Shown one piece after another: positions 1-13,081 of a stretch of DNA of 64,000 bases. The translations under genes and the position numbers were made by a program. This DNA comes from Octopus vulgaris. Its lineage: Eukaryota. The notes under the pieces are model-generated. The model saw only the letters and a program-made list of their open reading frames with translations, was not told the origin of the DNA and searched no databases. Positions within the stretch are counted from its first letter, which is position 1. The number at the start of each line of letters is the position of its first letter. The stretch is taken from NCBI GenBank assembly GCA_951406725.2, contig OX597833.1, positions 68,076,001 through 68,140,000 on the forward strand. Reading direction: 5' to 3'.

Positions 1-67
1 CGTAAACACACCAGCATCGGTTGTCAAGCAATGCTAGGGGGACAAACACAGACACACAAACATACAT

Positions 68-100
<33 letters not shown>

Positions 101-257
101 CATATATACGACAGGCTTCTTTCAGTTTCCGTCAACCAAATCCACTCACAAGGGATTGGTCGGGCCGGAGCTATAGCAGAAGACACTTGCCCAAGGTGCC
201 ACGCAGTGGGACTGAACCCGGAACCATGTGGCTGGTAAGCAAGCTACTTACCACACA
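1..257 (-). mobile_element. tRNA-derived SINE family 1 (CORE-like), partial copy cut by the window edge
   Basis: Reverse complement matches the copy at 554-965: ctgtgtggtaagtagc...ccgggttcagtcccactgcgtggcaccttgggcaagtgtcttct, internal (TA)/(TG) tract, then tgtccccctagcattgcttgacaaccgatgctgg. Confidence 0.9.
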
Positions 258-301
<44 letters not shown>

Positions 302-500
302 TATCATATATCGATCCTATTTCTCTCTTCGTTAGCTCTTGTTTTACTCCCTTGCAGATTCGTTAAACGCACGGGGTAGACACCCTTGAAGATTTTTTTC
401 CAGCTGTTTACGTTCTAGGTTCAATTCGCGCTGAGATTCCTTATAAATACCCTGAAAACTCCTCACAGCCCTAGTTTTGTTATCTCATTCTGTCTATTAC

Positions 501-553
<53 letters not shown>

Positions 554-555
<2 letters not shown>

Positions 556-720
556 CGCAGGAGTGGCTGTGTGTAAATAGCTTGTCTACCAACCACATGG
601 TTCCGGGTTCAGTCCCACTGCGTGGCACCTTGGGCAAGTGTCTTCTACTATAGCCTCGGGCCGACCAAAGCCTTGTGAGTGGATTTGGTAGACGGTAACT
701 GAAAGAAGCCCGTCGTACAT

Positions 721-758
<38 letters not shown>

Positions 759-965
759 TTGTGTGTCTGTGTTTGTCCCCTAGCATTGCTTGACAACCGA
801 TGCTGGTGTGTTTATGTCCCCGTTACTTAGCGGTTCGGCAAAAGAGACCGATAGAATAAGTACTGGGCTTACAAAAGAATAAGTCCTGGGGTTGATTTGA
901 TCAACTAAAGGCGGTGCTCCAGCAGGGCCGCAGTCAAATGACTGAAACAAGTAAAAGAGTAAAGC
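554..965 (+). mobile_element. tRNA-derived SINE family 1, full length
   Basis: Starts ggcgcaggagtggctgtgtg (pol III A-box-like), GGTTCAGTCC B-box-like, CORE-like accttgggcaagtgtctt, internal microsatellite, tail (gtaaaaga)n. More than 10 homologues in the window. Confidence 0.92.
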
Positions 966-966
966 A

Positions 967-1006
<40 letters not shown>

Positions 1007-1902
1007 CAAATGTATGTATGGGTGGGTGTGTTACATTTATTAGTAGGCAATGCAATTACAGTACTAAGTTTTCACTGATGGAATTTTCAACTTCTTCCAT
1101 TGTTGTAATTCTTTCAAATCATTCTTGTCGTTGCTATTGTTGTAGCTGTTTCTATTTTCATATTTGTATTGTTTCAGATTGTTTTTGCGTTTACTATTAT
1201 TGTATTTTTAACCAACGCTCATTTTTTTTTTCTCTATATATTTTATACCATTTTGTCTACTTATTTTTCCTGATGTGTCCATTTGCAACAGCTGTTCTTG
1301 AGGCTTCCTGGAATTGCATATTCAGTACCACTGATAATGTATTTTTTTTATTGTTATTCTATCCATATTCTTCTTGTTTTTTTTACATGATGACGCTGTC
1401 GTTATTGTGTGATCAGTTGATATTTTTGTTGATCGTATCGTTATTGCTTTTATTAAAAATGAAAATTACAATTTCGGCAAAGAAACAGCGTGGACTAAAA
1501 TGCTTTACATTATTTAGAAACTCTGCTCTTTATTTATTTATCTATTTATTTATTTAGTTATTAAGTTCTGTGTTCAAATCCTATTAAGGATATTTTCGAA
1601 CGTACAACAAAATAAAGATCTTGTATTTATGTTTATCACTAACCCTTATTCAAACTCTCGGATTTATATGAAAGATGAACCGCATATATAGTAGGAAAGT
1701 AACTTGACAGCAGAATCGGTGGAGCATGAGACAAAATAATTGCTTTATTGTGCCCAGTTGCAGCACGTTTTGCTTTAGTTTCAAGTCCCACTGCGATTGA
1801 CTTTGCTTTATACCATTGTTTGGTCTATAGGACATAGTAGTATAGGAGCCGATATTGTACCCCGCTTCGATAAAATAAGATTGATTGTTTCTATAATATT
1901 GG

Positions 1903-2105
1903 TAATAATAATAATCCTTTCTACTAAAGGCACAAGGCCCGAAATTTGGGGAGAGATGGGGATGGATCGATCTAATCGATCCCATTCTTCTTCAACAGGT
2001 ACTTACTTAATCAACCCCCGAAAGGATAAAAGGCAAAATAGACTTCGACGTAGTTTGAACTCAGGAAGTACGGCGTGTCGCTAAGCAGTTTGCCCGGCGA
2101 ATAAC
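1903..2105 (-). mobile_element. SINE family 2 with (ATT)n tail
   Basis: Reverse complement has gagttcaaa B-box-like motif, tcctttcgggg..gat..taagtac central block and ggccttgtgcctttagtagaaagg(att)n tail, shared with 9340-9523, 23340-23541 and 49148-49360. Confidence 0.8.
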
Positions 2106-2759
2106 AATAATAATAATGATAATAATAATAATACAGAAGTACAGCACTGGGAGAATGTGAATGAACACGAAGAGACGATCGCGACTCCAATAAAATTCCT
2201 TGTTAGTATGTACCACAAGAGAAAAAGTTTGAGGGTTACATAACAAGAAAAACAAATGCAACCAAAGGCAACAACAACAATAACAGCAAGAAAAAAAAAG
2301 AAAGTACAATAATAACAAATAACATATTTCAAACTACAAAGTTATAAAACATTGGCCAAAAAAAAAATTTATAAAAAAATTAATAAAATAGATCACAACA
2401 GAAAAAAAATGATGATTTGTATGAACTTCATGTTTAGAAAGAAAGGGGCTTTGAGCTGAACAATATATTTTGATGCTGTTGTCAATATACAATTATAAAC
2501 TGCTCTGGCTAAACATAATAAGCAGCGTGAGTTAGTTTGACCCCTGGAAATTGATTTCAACTCGTGGTTAAATGTTAAGTTAGAAAGTGAGTGTATCATT
2601 AGGATATTTGAATTAAGTAATTTCCTGCGTTATAAACTCATAAATATCGACGTTCTATACACACATATATATATATATATATATGTGTATACATTTGCAT
2701 GCACTTACTCACTTACACATACATTTATATAATGATTATACATGGGTGTCTTTCTGACA

Positions 2760-2796
<37 letters not shown>

Positions 2797-3925
2797 AACA
2801 TACATAAATTTATCAATATCTGTCTATACATATTGGAGATAAATGTACGAATAATGTATACATACATATAAGAATATATTCACGAACGTACATGTATATA
2901 CACATGCACACACATACGCAGTTAGATGTGTATACATACATATGAATACTTCGAAGGAAACGCACACATGAGCGTTAGTGTACACACATGTTTATGTAAC
3001 TCTGCATATCGATAAACATACTGATAGATATTAACTCATGCCAGAGACCTGAGGTCGATACTCAATTAAATGTCTTGCAGAAGCTCTTCTGGTTTTTGTG
3101 TAAAGTGAGTTCAAACCGAGTTGCAGTAATTTTACGTTTGCTTTCCTTTCTGGTTAATATATCTTGTCTGATAAGGCGCTTGATTGACGAAATTGCTCAA
3201 GAATCGGACGTGACTTCTGATGGTGTCAGTTCTTTTTCTCTGCTCTTGAAGTGCAGAGACCAAACTGGGTAATTCCGCTTGGGAAATCTTGTAGGAGGTG
3301 TTTAGATATTTTTGGTGCTATTCTCCATGGCAGCACAGCAGCGGGCTACAGAAAGGGACGGTCTTCCGAGGAATTTAACCGATAACTGAAACTAAATTTT
3401 TGACGGACATACTACGATAAATTATATTCTGAAACCGAATTCACGGAGTCTTTTCGAAATTGGAAACTCTAGAGCATTTTGGGAAGTCAGAATTTTTATT
3501 TGTTACTTGTTGTTGCACAGTCAATTTGATTGCACAGCTCTATGATGAAATTTGTTTCTGCCAGGTACAAAACCGATATTAATTATAACTTAAAGCGCGA
3601 TGAAAGAAATTTGGTCATTTGCAGCTCCTAGCGAGGTTCAATGGCGGATGCCACGTTCAGCTGTTTTGTTTTTGTTAATCAGGTTGCTGTTGTTTTTGGT
3701 ATTGCATTCAGGCAATGTGGTCTATGATAGATCAGGTTATATAGCCGTGCCTTATCAAGTTAGATTTTCCGAATTTAAAAGCATGGCATGTCAACTGGGG
3801 AAAATTTAGCCATTACGATAAATCCTACAGCCAAAGTGTAGAGTAGAAGTGTTCGAGATCCCTCTATATTTAATACCCCAGCACGGACTCACACACGCAT
3901 ACTCATACACGCGCGCGCGTGGATA

Positions 3926-4308
3926 GGGTGCAGGTGTAGCTGTGTGGTAAGACGTTTAGTTCCGAACAATATAGTTCCGTATGCAGTGCCAATGCGCGCC
4001 ACCGTAGAGAAATTTCTTCTGCTATAGCCCCGGACTGACCAAGGCCCCACGAGTGGACTTGATACACAGAAACTGAAAGAAAGCCGTCAATTATGTATAT
4101 GTATGTGTGCGTGTTTCGTTTGCACAACCATTGACAAAATGTGTTGGTTTCTTTTAATCCAAGTAACTTAGCATCACACCAATAAGCGATCGATAGAGTA
4201 AGTACCAGGCTTACAAAAATACAAATACTGAGATCGATTCGTTCGATTGAAACCTTTGAAGGTGGTGCCCCAGCTTGGCTACAGTCCAGTAACTGAAACA
4301 AAGTAAAG
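3926..4308 (+). mobile_element. SINE family 1, diverged copy
   Basis: gggtgcaggtgtagctgtgtggtaag...gaaactgaaagaaagccgtc...gatagagtaagtaccaggcttac...ggtggtgccccagc...actgaaacaaagtaaaga is colinear with 554-965. Confidence 0.8.
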
Positions 4309-4975
4309 ACACACACGCATGTACAGGACCAGTTTTCATGTAAAAGACTTTCTCTCAGATGACATTAACCAGCTGCTAACTCTATGACATGAGACACATG
4401 CCAAAGCCTGACATTCTGAGAATGAGAGAGCAAAACCATAATCGCGTGGATGGAAACAAATCTCTTAAAGTTGATGCCATATCTTCACTTCTTGTATTTT
4501 GCCATAATCTACAAGAGTTCAAAGTCGTTAAATAGCAATAACTGTTGCCATAAATATTACTTATCATGTCAAACACTGCGTAATTTGTAATAAAAGAAAC
4601 AACAACACGTATTTTGACTATTAATGATCAACAAACAGTATTAATAAAGACTACGGGTTACTGCATGGCACGTTCATTGCAAATAACAACCACCAATATT
4701 CGGTAATGTAGGGCCCAAGAAGAACGGTCGGCCGATTGAGTTATCAATTCAAATTAACAGTTTATAAATTCAATTACGTTATGTTGTCCACATACACACA
4801 CACACACACACACACACATACACACACGGATATATGAGTTCATTATTTCCTATATATACATCGACATTTGTATTAATGAGTAGCTTTAAGGAATAATAGA
4901 AATCTTGTCAATAAAAAGGTTAAACGCTGTGAAAGTAGTTGTGTCTTCGAGTTAAAAATGTATCTCTCACACACG

Positions 4976-5014
<39 letters not shown>

Positions 5015-5054
5015 CACACAGAGACACATGTATATATAGAATGTGTATTTATCT

Positions 5055-5096
<42 letters not shown>

Positions 5097-5791
5097 TATG
5101 AACACCAAACATACATGTGTGTTTATGTGTGTAAAAGGAAAAGTACCAGTATTTAGCGGGCATATGTATTGTATGGATGCGAGATTCTACGCTAATTGAG
5201 TTCTGATTCCTTCATATTTCAGGCAATATGTCATATATCAAATGAAATAGCTTGTACTTCACCTTGCAACCAGATGTTAAACTCTTTACTATCATGTCTA
5301 CCCCAAGACGAAACCTATTGAAAAAGAAATAGTTATTCTTTCTCTATGACTTCAACCATTCTCCTTCTTTATATTTCCATCAGTCTTCATATATTTCAAC
5401 CACTTTATCTCTGTCTGTTTCTGTCTCACTTTATCTCTCTCTTTCTCGTTTATTGTCTTTCCATATCACCCTCTTTGTTTCTCTCTTCAATCTCACTCTC
5501 TCTCCCTTCCTCTTTACACAGACACATAAAATGCAAATACGTAAAACATGTTACGTAGATATATGCATATCCGCGAACATATACACACACATGCTTGTAC
5601 ACGTATCTAATTGTGTGTATGTATGTATACATAGATACACACACACACACAAACACTCACACACATATATATATATATATGTAGATAGAGAGATAGATAG
5701 ATAGATAGATATATACATACATGTTAAATAAAATAAGAGAACAAAGCCAAGGCAGAGTTAAATTTGTAAGACATTTATAAAGAAAAAGGTA

Positions 5792-5839
5792 CTCTTAGAA
5801 TTGTTTCAGGGATATGAGGGTTTTCGCTACATCAGAGGC
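5792..5839 (-). ncRNA. Decayed minimal hammerhead-like motif
   Basis: Minus strand gcct-CTGATGT-AGCGA..TCCCT-GAAA-CAATTC-TA-AGAG. Same GAAACAATT(G)TA signature as 18461 and 45652, but with several substitutions. Confidence 0.4.
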
Positions 5840-8138
5840 AATATCAGTAAGTTAAATAGAGGGAAATAATAGAGTTCAATATAAGAAGTTGGAATAGAGT
5901 TCAATATAAGAAGTTGGGTTGGTTCTGTGATATTTACTTTTTTGTCAGAATTAGGATCAATTGCCCAACTTGCTGCTATCTCTCGTCCTGAATCTGCGCT
6001 GTCTCTCTCTCTCTATTATATAGCATTACGATAGATTACAACATGCACACATATATAGAGCAAAAGGGATAGACATACTTCAGGGGAGGCCTTTACCGAG
6101 ACGATAACTCCTTTATCATTGTAACCGACGACAGTTGCTTACTCGCTCACACACTCACTTGCTCGCTCGATCACTCACTCACGCACACTTCTTTATACGC
6201 GCACCCCCCATATATACGCAGAGCAGTCAGATAAATTCGTTCGCAATTTCATTATTTTGGGGTACTAGTCCCACAATCTTCATATTTTAATTTAAAAAAG
6301 ATTACCGAACGTTGTAGAGGAAGAATGTAGCTACAAAAAAACACAAAACGCTTCAATAATAATATAATTCATGTCAATTCAAATTATATTTCGAAAGATT
6401 AAAATATTTAGACAAACAAGACTGGATGACTTCTGTATACTGGCTGCGGGTCTGTATACAAAATAGATTATTATCGACATCAGGATAAATACTGCTTTTT
6501 TTTCTCCTACTTACATTTGTATGGCTTTTCTATGGCTTGAGCATATATGAATTGTAATGGTATTCGCCTTTATTATTTCACTTATTCAGTGAAAATTATA
6601 TATTTAATTTAGTCACAGGACCCGAAGGGTTACAAGAGGCGGCGTCCCATTTAATACGTCCTAAAAAATAGCCTAATTGAATTACAGCGGTGGCGAGGGT
6701 ATTTTCGTTTGCGTTATGCTGAGAAGACGAAACGATTACGTTGCATCATCGGAAACACTTAAAATTTCTTTATATTGCTGCCAAAATTTTGCAAGATCAT
6801 AAATTCCATTTAGCTTCCCTCACATTGAAGGTTATTAGTGTTAAATAGAAAATAAAGAAATGGTTTAAAATAACCAAATAGAATATATAAAAGACGCAAA
6901 GCGTAGCTGTATTGTAAGTGAATAATTAGAAAACATTATGCTAGGTAGTTACCTAATGCTTTGACTTGTGGGTTAGTAAATAAAATTAACATATACGTTA
7001 TAAATGTTTTATGCCGATATCTCTTGTATGAAACCAAAATACAGTCATAAAATTGAATAAAATACTACAAATAGTTAAAGAAAATTATAATAAAAATAAA
7101 TAGATGACATTTATAAAAATACATCTTTTTTTTTATATAATGGACGTGTTATTGATTTACAGAGGAGTTAAAATGGCAATTTTTAATCTGAATTTAAAAT
7201 GGTAATTTGTTTAGATTAGAATTTTTGATTAATAAAATTAAAAATATGTCTGAACTTTATCGTATTCAAGTAAATTTGCTACCAAGTGGAGGAATCTAAT
7301 AAATCGCTAAGTACTTCTACCAAAACACAAAAACAAAAATTGAAAAGAAATAAAAAAAAAACATACTAAAATAACTATAACGCAAAGAAGACGAAGAATA
7401 AAGAAAGAAAAAATATCGCTTCAGACATATTTATTAAAGAAAATATATCAAAGTACTTTAATAACATGGCGGTTTTCTTCTCAATAAATTGACCATCTTT
7501 GTTTGTGTTCATAACATGAAAACTTTCTTAAAAATACTTGCACGTTTTTTCATTTCACATATAAAATCGATCGAAACGTGTATCTGACTAAGCAAACGGC
7601 TCTTGTATTTTCTTCGCTGCTTTCTTTTCAATTTTTCGCTCTTTTGCTATTATTAGGATTATATTTTATGATCGAAATTTATGATTATGATGCGGAACTA
7701 GCTTCCACATCTCGGTTTAATAAACTGCAGTAGATTAATAATGAAAATGGCTGGTTCAAAGTTAGTGAGTCATATCTCAGAAAAAGCGAGGCAACTTTCT
7801 ATGTTGTTTCAGACTAAATAACTAGAAAAATGTTTTAGAATAACAGGAGAAAATAAAACAGTCATGATTTAAATTATATTTAAAACGGAATTTATGTGAG
7901 TGAAGATGGAAATGCCGTAATCTACTGCGAAAGCAGCAATTATTATTAGAGTGAGAAGGATTTAAGTTAGGGGAGATAAAATAAATTGATTTTGTGTACG
8001 GAATATAAATGATGAGGTATCGTATCCATTCCAGTGGCTGTACGCTTACAATAATCCTAAAACGGGAAGACGTTGTAGTTGCTGGTGGCGTTTTACAAAA
8101 AGTAATCCTCCTTGAATGACAAGATCTTTTATAAAACA

Positions 8139-8528
8139 CTAGCAGTATCGCCCGGCGTTGCTCGGGTTTGTAAGGTAAATAACTATATAAGCATTTTTAG
8201 AGATGTAAAGTATAATAGCCATCTCAATATGGCTAACCACAAAGACGGGGTGTTACTGTAGCTTTTTACGTTCTGAGGTTTAATAATAGATTATTAGAGA
8301 GTTACTTCCCTTATATATGACAAAAATGTATTAAAAATGGGAAAAATTGATGGTAATTTTTTTTTTAAATCGTAGACTCATCGTAGACGCGCGCTAATAC
8401 CCAGAAGGGCTCAATAGGAATCACAACTATATACCCGGTTTTGGTTAAACTGCACCGCAAAATGTGGGAGTAGTTAGGAATCTAAATCGTAGGAGACAGA
8501 CACACAACTTCTCTTTTATATATAAAGA
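8139..8528 (-). mobile_element. Non-autonomous Helitron
   Basis: Minus strand begins TCTTTATATATAAAAG and ends with the hairpin CCCGAGCAACGCCGGG followed by CTAG. It sits between A and T with no TSD, which are canonical Helitron termini. Homologous to 11680-12054. Confidence 0.85.
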
Positions 8529-9339
8529 TAACAGAGTGTGGTTTGAGGTGTCGTTCTGTGTAGAGTTCGGTAGTGCGTACGAGATACATTTTTGGTGTGT
8601 TCTCCTTCGAATGAATGACCCGCAGAAAGACACAACTAGCCCTTGCTCCGTCCCCAACCACATACACCACGTAATATATATTTCCTGACGTCATCATTGC
8701 CATCGACTCCGATAGCAATATTTGTTATATTAGATGTATAGAGAGTGATTCAGAGATATTCAATGTAGAAGGCACTCATTCAACTGATTTGAACTATCAC
8801 TCCTATTGAGAACCAAGTCCGCGGGTAAAGAGTGACTATATACATGGGTGAGCTGATATGAAAATTGTTATGCAGATAAACAGGATTGGTCTTCATATAT
8901 AAATACACACACACACACACACACACAAAGAAAAGCGGAAAATATTTAGATGAAAACTCAAGTCAAACGTATAAATGTTTAAATATTTAAAATAAATTTA
9001 CATGAAGTACAAAAGATACAGAAACCGTATTTGAAAATTTATGGCATTCTCAGTCCGGCAGCTCTTTCTGGGGCCTCGGAATTACGTAATAGTTGTAATC
9101 TTCATAATTGGAAGATGGACTGTGTAGCTCCCTAGCAACGCCGCAGGCTGATGACTGAAACCAGTAAAGGATAAAATCTATGCAATTTGTAGATGAATAC
9201 ATATAAATATTACCGCAACATCGGCTTCCTTCTTCAGGAGGTAACATCGCCGACTGAGAAAAGATCCGATCTAAGTCGAACGTAGAACTTGCACGTCGCA
9301 CCTGGTGGAAAAACTGTCTAAATTATATATATTCATTTC

Positions 9340-9523
9340 ATTTCTGCTCTAGGCACAAGGCCTGAAGTATTGGGGGAGAGGACCAGTCGACTACATCGAC
9401 CCCAGTACGCATTTGGTACTTAATTTATCGACCCCGAAGGATAAAATGCAAAAGCGACTTCGGCGGAATATGAACTCAGATCGTAAAGACAGACGAAATA
9501 CTGATTCTGCCTGCTCGCCGCCT
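9340..9523 (-). mobile_element. SINE family 2
   Basis: Reverse complement: aggcggcgagcaggcagaatc...ctgagttcatattccgccgaagtcg...cggggtcgataaattaagtacc...ctggggtcgatgtagtcgact...caggccttgtgcct. Confidence 0.85.
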
Positions 9524-10562
9524 ACTAAATTATAGATATTAACAGACGATAGGTATAGTCGACACAACGTCCACTTAATATTTTCAGTCATTCATAAAAT
9601 ATGGTCGCATATTCTCAAGGAGAAATATATAACGACATGTACAATAATGTCTTTACTTTACTTGATTTATGATGTCAAATAACATTGGAACATATCCATA
9701 TATGTCTGAAGTATATTAAACGATACTACTCATTAACTATTCTCCCTCTCTTCTGAATTATATCCAGTGTGTATTTAATTATTCCTTACAGTAAATCTGT
9801 TAAAACTACATTTCCTATCAGCAGAAGAGATAGAAAATGAACACAGATACTAGAAAATTGAATACAAGTGGAGACAATACGAAAGTAGACAACAGTACGC
9901 CATTCACTCCCAAGAAATACACATATATATATGAATCCATAAATATATGTATAACACATTTTCTTTTCTAATAATACTAGGAATAGGAGTTTAATTACAG
10001 CTGCTAAGGCATTGATTAGTGTTCTTATTTGCCATATTTTTATTATTACCGTATAATTACTTATAGTTAACGTTCTATTGTTTGTTGCATTAAATATGTT
10101 AACACAGGCTTATTATCCGTACTGAATATTTCAGTACATAGAGAAGAGAGACAATAGAAATTATCAAAAAAGCAGAAATACTTTAAACTTAATAGCTGTT
10201 GACACGAAATTATGTTAGGTAATACGAGGTTCTTTATCTTAACAAAAAAATTTAAAAATCGATATTCTACGCATACGTGTTTCCGACTCTATGTATGTGT
10301 TTTAGTGCTGTGTATATGTATATATAAATGCGTATGTATGAGTGTATATATGTGTATGTATGAGTGTATATGTGTACACACACATGTGTATGTATCAGTG
10401 TATATGTGTACACACATATGTGTATGTATGAGTGTATATCTCTACACAGACATGTATATACACACAAATATACAAACGCACATACATACATGTATATATA
10501 TATAATTTATAGACATACATATATATATTATACATACATATATATAATATACATGCATACGT

Positions 10563-10611
<49 letters not shown>

Positions 10612-11679
10612 CGTGTGTATGAATGCATATGTGTGAATAAATGACATTTGTATATGAATATGTATATGTTTGCATATATACATGTGTGAGTATGTATGTG
10701 TGTGTGTCTGTAAATATTCAGATGATTTCTACTGTGTTAAAATAACAAGGAAAAGCCAAAAGAAGTTCCGTTAAATCTATCAAACTATACAACTGGAATA
10801 ATACAGTTAACGAAGACTATATTCAAGTCTACACAATGGGGAAATAAATAAAAATAAATTAGTACAAAACCAAAACCATTCTGCGTCAAACAATAGCGTT
10901 TTCACATCGAATCAGAATCCATCGAAGATAACAAGAAGTTAGTAACCCCAGCGTATCAGCCTTGCCTGTCCGTTAATTAAATTTATCTTAGCAACAGCAT
11001 TTGCTAAGTTGATGTAATATTAATTCTTGTTGTTTCCATAAAGATATTTCTATTTCGATAACCTTTAGCTGAGCAAAGCCGAGAATTGATTGCAAATGCA
11101 TTTAAGTTAATTGAATACCATAATGGGTTTAATTATTCTAATTAGTAAATCGTTCGATTGGGAAACAAAATTAGTTACCTCACCCTCTCTTCGACAATAT
11201 TTGTAGGTAAAATTTCTAATTTTTTTGTTTTTTTGTTTTTTCATTTGAATCTAAGAGATAGTGTTATGAACCCATTCTGCATTATTTAGCCTTTAGAAGA
11301 TTTAACACGATTTAATAACGATGGTGGGGAAATAGGAAGAATTAATAGTCTGTAAAATGACAAAATTATATAAATGGCTGCAAATGAAAATTTAGATTTA
11401 GAAAAATTTCTTTAGAGGGGTTTTATATAACATTGCTTAATATAATTGTTGTGTTGGGTATGGTAGAAATTGTATAATAGAGTTGGCGAATAACAGATTA
11501 TGTCGCATTGGTCCTCAGTATTAAAAGGCCAAATATTGCTGTGCTTGACATTTTGATGCCCCGGAATGTTATCTCTAAAATAACAAATATTAGTTATTAA
11601 TAGATCCTATGTTTATCGGAATCTATTTCATGACGTCACAGTTGCCATCATCTCCGATAGCAATATTTGTTATATTAGA

Positions 11680-12054
11680 CTAGCAGTATCGCCCGGCGTT
11701 GCTCGGGTTTGTAAGGGAAATAACTATATAAGCATTTTTAGAGAGTTATAGCCAAAAAATAGCAAAAAAATGCATTAAAAATGGAAAAAAAAATGCTGGT
11801 AAATTTATTTTAAATCGTTGACATTTTTAGAGAGTTACTTCCCTTATATAATAGCGAAAAAATGCATTAAAATGGTAATTTTTTTGTTTAAATCGTAGAC
11901 TCATCGTAGACGCGCGCTAATACCCAGAAGGGCTCGATATGAATCACGACTATAAGATACCCGGTTTTGGTTAAACTGCACCGCAAAATGTGGGAGTAGT
12001 TAGGAATCTAAATCGTAGGAGACAGACACACAACCTTACTTTTATATATAAAGA
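11680..12054 (-). mobile_element. Non-autonomous Helitron, second copy
   Basis: Same TC...hairpin-CTAG termini and A|T target as 8139-8528. Has an internal tandem duplication of the catttttagagagtta...aaaaatgcattaaaa block. Confidence 0.85.
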
Positions 12055-12502
12055 TGTTCTTTAGAACGAAGGGATGTGTTAAAATAATTCCCCGTCTTCC
12101 TGTCTGCATATACGTAGATATACATATATACGTAAGGTTCGATTCTGTGTAGTGACTGACTGGTCATTCTTTTCCATCTTGTAGGGGGTATTTTCCCGAT
12201 CTTCTAAGCTGTTTACAAAGCATTTCTCTGTTCGAGATTTCCCTTTTCCTCCTCCCCATCTTTCCCTCCTCTCTCTCCCCCCTCTCTCTCTCCCTCCCTT
12301 CCTTCATGTATGATTTTAGAACTGTACAGCATCATGCAAAACATGACACAATACTATGCGAAAAGCATGATTACATTCGTAAACTGGAAGCATCATTGCG
12401 TGGGCATATATAAAATCCACAACTCACGATTCTAATGGAAATTCTTTGACTATACAGCTATTCTCTATCTCGGTCTCTCACTTTGAATATCTCTATCCTT
12501 CC

Positions 12503-12591
<89 letters not shown>

Positions 12592-12592
<1 letters not shown>

Positions 12593-12826
12593 TTTATTTA
12601 AAGCAGCAGAAAATTCAACAAAACCTGTTACTCTGAGTTTCCCGTTGCCGTTCATTGGACAGCTTTTGCTAGAATTCTAGCAAAAACTGTCCGATGAACG
12701 GCAACGGGAAACTCAGAGTAACAGGTTTTGTTGAATTTTCTGCTGCTTTAAATAAAGCATATTACTCTACCACTGATATTTGAGTACTCTTTTTTCCACC
12801 TTGTTTCACATATATGTCTTTACTCC

Positions 12827-12828
<2 letters not shown>
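12592..12828 (+). mobile_element. Palindromic HHR-bearing element (family B) inserted in (TA)n, Penelope-like inverted pLTR fragment
   Basis: 12592-12757 is a spacer-less palindrome centred on gaa|ttc (12674/12675), 83-bp arms, 2 mismatches. A unique tail runs to 12828, with (TA)n on both sides. Homologue at 59001-59187. Confidence 0.75.
12687..12724 (+). ncRNA. Minimal type-I hammerhead motif, variant core CCGAUGA
   Basis: CTGT-CCGATGA-A CG GCAA CG G-GAAA-CTCAGAG-TA-ACAG: stem I CTGT/ACAG, 2-bp stem II with GNRA loop, near-palindromic stem III ACTC-A-GAGT, GUA cleavage triplet. Mirror copy on the minus strand at 12625-12662 has core CCAATGA. Confidence 0.65.
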
Positions 12829-12871
<43 letters not shown>

Positions 12872-12876
<5 letters not shown>

Positions 12877-13081
12877 ACCTCGGGTGTACCGTTGGCGATT
12901 TTTTTCCTCTGTCTTCCCTTCTCTGGATCATTCCTTCTCCTATGTTTCCGACGAAGAGCTCCGCTCGAAACGTTGAACCCTCCTTCTTTCCTTCTTTCCT
13001 GAGCGTCCAATAATACTATATTTGTTCCACGTCCTCGCGTTGTTGTGTTTTTTTTTTGTGCTTTCTTGTTTGGATTAACTT

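Noticed and set aside
31-366. Recurrent ORF MLGGQTQTHKH...RQASFSFR..PLTRHWSARGYSRRHLPK (also 497, 21036, 39498, 63596)
   Set aside because: It is the antisense reading of SINE family 1. The frame depends on microsatellite length, so it is not a gene family.
554-620. tRNA genes at SINE heads
   Set aside because: Only A/B-box similarity; no acceptor stem or full cloverleaf, and the sequence continues into the SINE body.
3040-3500. Higher-complexity stretch as a coding exon
   Set aside because: Only short ORFs on both strands, no recognisable domain and no convincing splice-site pair.
6716-6746. atgctgagaagacgaaacgattacgttgcat as a hammerhead
   Set aside because: The core is one base short and stem II is absent, so it is compatible with chance.
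9147-9175. ctgatga..gaaac as a hammerhead
   Set aside because: There is no room for stem II. It matches a decayed SINE family 1 tail (gccgcag..tgactgaaac.agtaaa).
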